A stretch of 64,000 bases of DNA. Source: the human T2T-CHM13v2.0 reference genome, Homo sapiens. Shown in pieces: positions 59,231 to 64,000 of this stretch (the stretch's first letter is position 1; each line of letters opens with the position of its first letter). The position numbers and the translations under genes were made by a program. The notes under the pieces are model-generated. The model saw only the letters and a program-made list of their open reading frames with translations, was not told the origin of the DNA and did not search any database. The DNA is taken from NCBI RefSeq assembly GCF_009914755.1, contig NC_060930.1. One strand, written 5' to 3'.

Positions 59231-61247
59231 TATAACAACAGGGAGTTGACAGAGCACGAACTCACATGGGAGCTCTGAAAGTGAAAAGGCAGGGATGGGT
59301 GTGGAGGGCAGCTAGAAGAATGCTTTGCAAGACTTGAAGAATGACTGAAAACTAGGGAAGATGGGGGAATCCAAAACATTTCATGGCTTTGGAATTTGGT
59401 GACCAGGCAGATGGTCATAGAGGGTCAAAGCTGTCCACGAGCTCCAGCAACAGGAGGAAGCACAGCATTCTGTGCTCAGACTAGTGTGGCAGGCCTGCAG
59501 AATGCGTGTGGGCCCTTGTTCCTGTGCTTGGCTGAGGGCTTCCTGAGAGCAGTTGCTCCATCTCTGACCCACCGGACCACTACTGCCTTTGGATCCTGGG
59601 TGGTGGGCTTCACTCACACAGTCGAATGGGTTTCTCATGCCTTTGTCCCTGGGCTACAGTCCTCCACTTCACACCACACCGGTCAAGATGGAATGTGGCC
59701 ACATTATCTCACTACAGCAAACATGCCCATAGTTTGCAAATTTGGTACATCAACCGCCACGCTCATAAAGATGATGGTTTGGACCAGGATAGCAGGAGTC
59801 TGGTCAAGAGATTAATGCAGGGTCAGAGATCAGGAGTCTTATCATCTTGATCTCTGCAAGCTAATGATTTATCCTTCTTCAATTGCTTAACATTAATCAC
59901 ATTTATATAACATGAGGCCTAGGAACAATACTTGACCCCACAAGAGATTGTGATTCCAAACAACTAGTCAGATGTTCCTCCTTTTGTGGTTTTATTTCAT
60001 TTGCATTCTTTTTGATTTTGATATTTTTCAGTTTGGCCTTTGTAATTGCAAACAGCTTAAGGCAATTCACCACCCAACCCACTTCACTTATTTATGTTTC
60101 CTGCCTGGCTCAGCAAGCACTTGAATTTAAACTCTGGTCTACACAAGGTCAAGATATTCAGGTCAAATATCTATTAAATCAAATGTTTTCTATATTCTAC
60201 ACAACTAGTAGAGTTCAGAGGATCAGAGATTTGGGGACCTGAAGGGGGTCTTTTATTAATTCCCCCCTTGCATTATGGTTGAGACAATCGAGGTCCAGAG
60301 GGTAACGTAACTTGTGTTAGGGACCAATTAAGGGCTGGAGTCCATGTCTTGAGTTACATTTTAAGATGTCAATTGAGAACGGATACGGGTTTCTTAAAAC
60401 TCAAATTTATCCTCAATCTTGAAATTTATTCAGTTATTCATTTAATAAATATTTGTGGATAACTTATTATACAATAGGCACAGTGCTAGGAGCCATGGGC
60501 ATAGGTGTGAACAGACAGACAGATCTTGCCCTCATGGAACTTGTTTTCTTTTCTTTCTTTTTTTCTTTTTTTTTTTTTTTTTTGAGAGAGTCTGGCTCTG
60601 TTGCCCAGGCTGGAGTGCAGTGGTGATCTTGGCTCACTGCAACCTCCACCTCCCCGGTTCAAGTGATTCTCCTGCCTCAGCCTCCCAAGGAACTGGGATT
60701 ACAGGCACCCACCACCATGCCTGGCTAATTTTTGTATTTTTAGTAGAGACAGGGTTTCACCATATTGGCCAGGCTGGTCTCAAACTTCCAACCTGAAATG
60801 ATCCACCCACCTTGGCCTCCCAAAGTGTGAGCCACTCTTACAGGTGTGAGCCACTGCACCCGGTCAGAACTTGTTTTCTGATGCTGGTAGTTGAGGTGGG
60901 TGCTATGGAGGCAATAAGTACGGACACATGAGTAAGGAGTGAGGCGATAAGTGGTCATTTTAGATTCTTTAAGGGAGTCCATCTTACCTAATTTTTTCAA
61001 TAATATCACCAGAATCAATGATGGCACATCTGCATTTTTCAGTTAAAACACATAACACATTTAGGTTACAATGGAACACAGCTTTTCAATGTACTAAAAT
61101 GGCTGTTTTTTTGTTTTTGTTTTTGTTTTTGTGACAGAGTCTTGCTCTGTCGCCCAGGCTGGAGTGCAGTGGCATGGTCTCAGCTCACTGCAGCCTCGGT
61201 CTCCCAGGTTCAAGCAATTCTTGTGCCTTAGCCTCCTGAGTAGCTGA

Positions 61248-61442
<195 letters not shown>

Positions 61443-61729
61443 TAAAATGGCTGTTTTGAGTTGACACAGAGCCATGTCCAAACACCCGTTTCCACTTCGC
61501 CTATTTAAATTTCCCTCCTGGCTCTGCAGGCATTGGAGTTTCGACCTGAGATTCTATGCCAGGCCAAGATATCTAGATTGTTTGCATTCTATATCAAAAC
61601 ATATAATTGGCCAGCCGCGGTATCTCACGCCTGTAATCCCAGAACTTTGGGAGGCTGAGGCGAGCAGATCACCTGAGGTTGGGAGTTCGAGACCAGCCTG
61701 ACCAACATGGAGAAATCCTGTCTCTACTA

Positions 61730-61888
<159 letters not shown>

Positions 61889-61908
61889 TCAAAAAAAAAA
61901 AAAAAAGA

Positions 61909-62246
<338 letters not shown>

Positions 62247-62963
62247 TTATTAAGTAAAAATTATTTGTGGCATGGTGTTTTGTAGATTTTGCCTGATCCA
62301 GAGAAAAGGTAATCAATGCATGTTTATTGACCACATCATTGATTTGTAGGAGTCAAATTATGTTAAAGTAGCCAAAGTTAATCTATCACAGAATCATAGT
62401 ATTTTGTGGCTAGAAGATATTTAACAGATGACTTAGTTCAGCTCCCTTATTTAATAGATGGGAAAACAGACTCTGAGGGAGGCCAAGTGGCTTACAGAAG
62501 GCTACACAGATAGAAGTTATATATGTTATTTACAGTACATCTACTGTGGTTAAGAGAGGCCTCCTTGCATTTATTTTAGAGCGGAGTTGGTAGAAATAGT
62601 TAGATATAGCAGTTTAGAGCATGAGCTCTGGTGTCAGACAGACCTAGAGAAAATTTAAGTAAAACTTAAAATTTACTTGACTATGTATGTGCCCCTGGGA
62701 TATTAGTTAATATCTTTTAGCTGTAGTCTCCTTATTGGAAAAATTGGCAAAGTTAGAGTTCAGTTTAGGGTTAGGGTTAGGGCCTCTAAGTTTTAATAAT
62801 TGGTAAAGGTTATTATTATCCATTTTGTACCATCAACATGTCAACAGGAGTATAATGACTTAGATGGAGTCATATACTCCTCTCGGGAGAGATATAATTT
62901 TTTGATAGAAGCCTGGCCAACATGGCAAAACGCCATCTCTACTAAAAATACAAAAATTAGTCA

Positions 62964-63469
<506 letters not shown>

Positions 63470-63821
63470 CTATATGCAAATAATTATGGCAAAAGTAAAA
63501 AGACTTCTTTCCTGGGGTTGTACTCACTGAGCCCTCACCCTGGAATGTTCTTTGCCTAGCCTTCCACACAGTTCTCATCTCCTTCAGGTATCTGCTCAGC
63601 TGGCACCTTCTCAGTGAAGGCTTGCTTGTCATTTTGTTTAAATGGAAACTTTGTTCCCATTTCCTGCTTTATTTTTCTCCATGACACTTACCTCCTAATA
63701 AGTAATTTTCTAATTTGCTTTGTTTATGATCTCTTGTAAATTTCATGAGTCCTAAACGGGTGCTTGGCACATATAATTTTTTTTTTTTTTTCTTGAGAGG
63801 GAGTCTCAGTCTCTCGCCTAG

Positions 63822-63998
<177 letters not shown>

Positions 63999-64000
63999 TC

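Noticed and set aside
58733-59850. Cluster of 70-139 aa ORFs
   Set aside because: Overlap decayed L2-like sequence, mostly non-ATG starts, no homology recognised

Overview
Primate (almost certainly human, chr6q23) genomic DNA containing the SGK1 (serum/glucocorticoid-regulated kinase 1) gene on the minus strand. I reconstructed the full 12-exon canonical CDS by hand (16742->12202; 1296 nt = 431 aa + stop, all introns GT-AG) and its ~1 kb 3'UTR with AATAAA at 11204-11209. Two further coding first exons (17479-17596, 19597-19756) and one distal 76-nt internal exon of the long SGK1.1-type isoform (49464-49539) all splice in phase 1 to the common exon at 16521. The promoter CpG island carries a TATA-like box, GC boxes, an AP-1 site and the classic GRE (17959-17973). 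The rest is intron/flank packed with >50 Alus, L1/L2/MIR relics, an ERV-L (MLT2) provirus remnant, MER2/MER6/MER57/MER41 pieces, microsatellites and a U13 snoRNA retrocopy. Nearly all non-SGK1 ORFs in the track are repeat-derived or GC-shadow ORFs. I see no convincing novel multi-gene system. The best second-look items are: vestigial PX-domain homology of the distal exon, a TSD-flanked retroposed MER41 LTR 3' end, a strong intronic CTCF motif, templated-insertion scars in Alus, a young AluYa5 and candidate poison splice events. Repeat family names come from recalled consensus sequences, not a database run.
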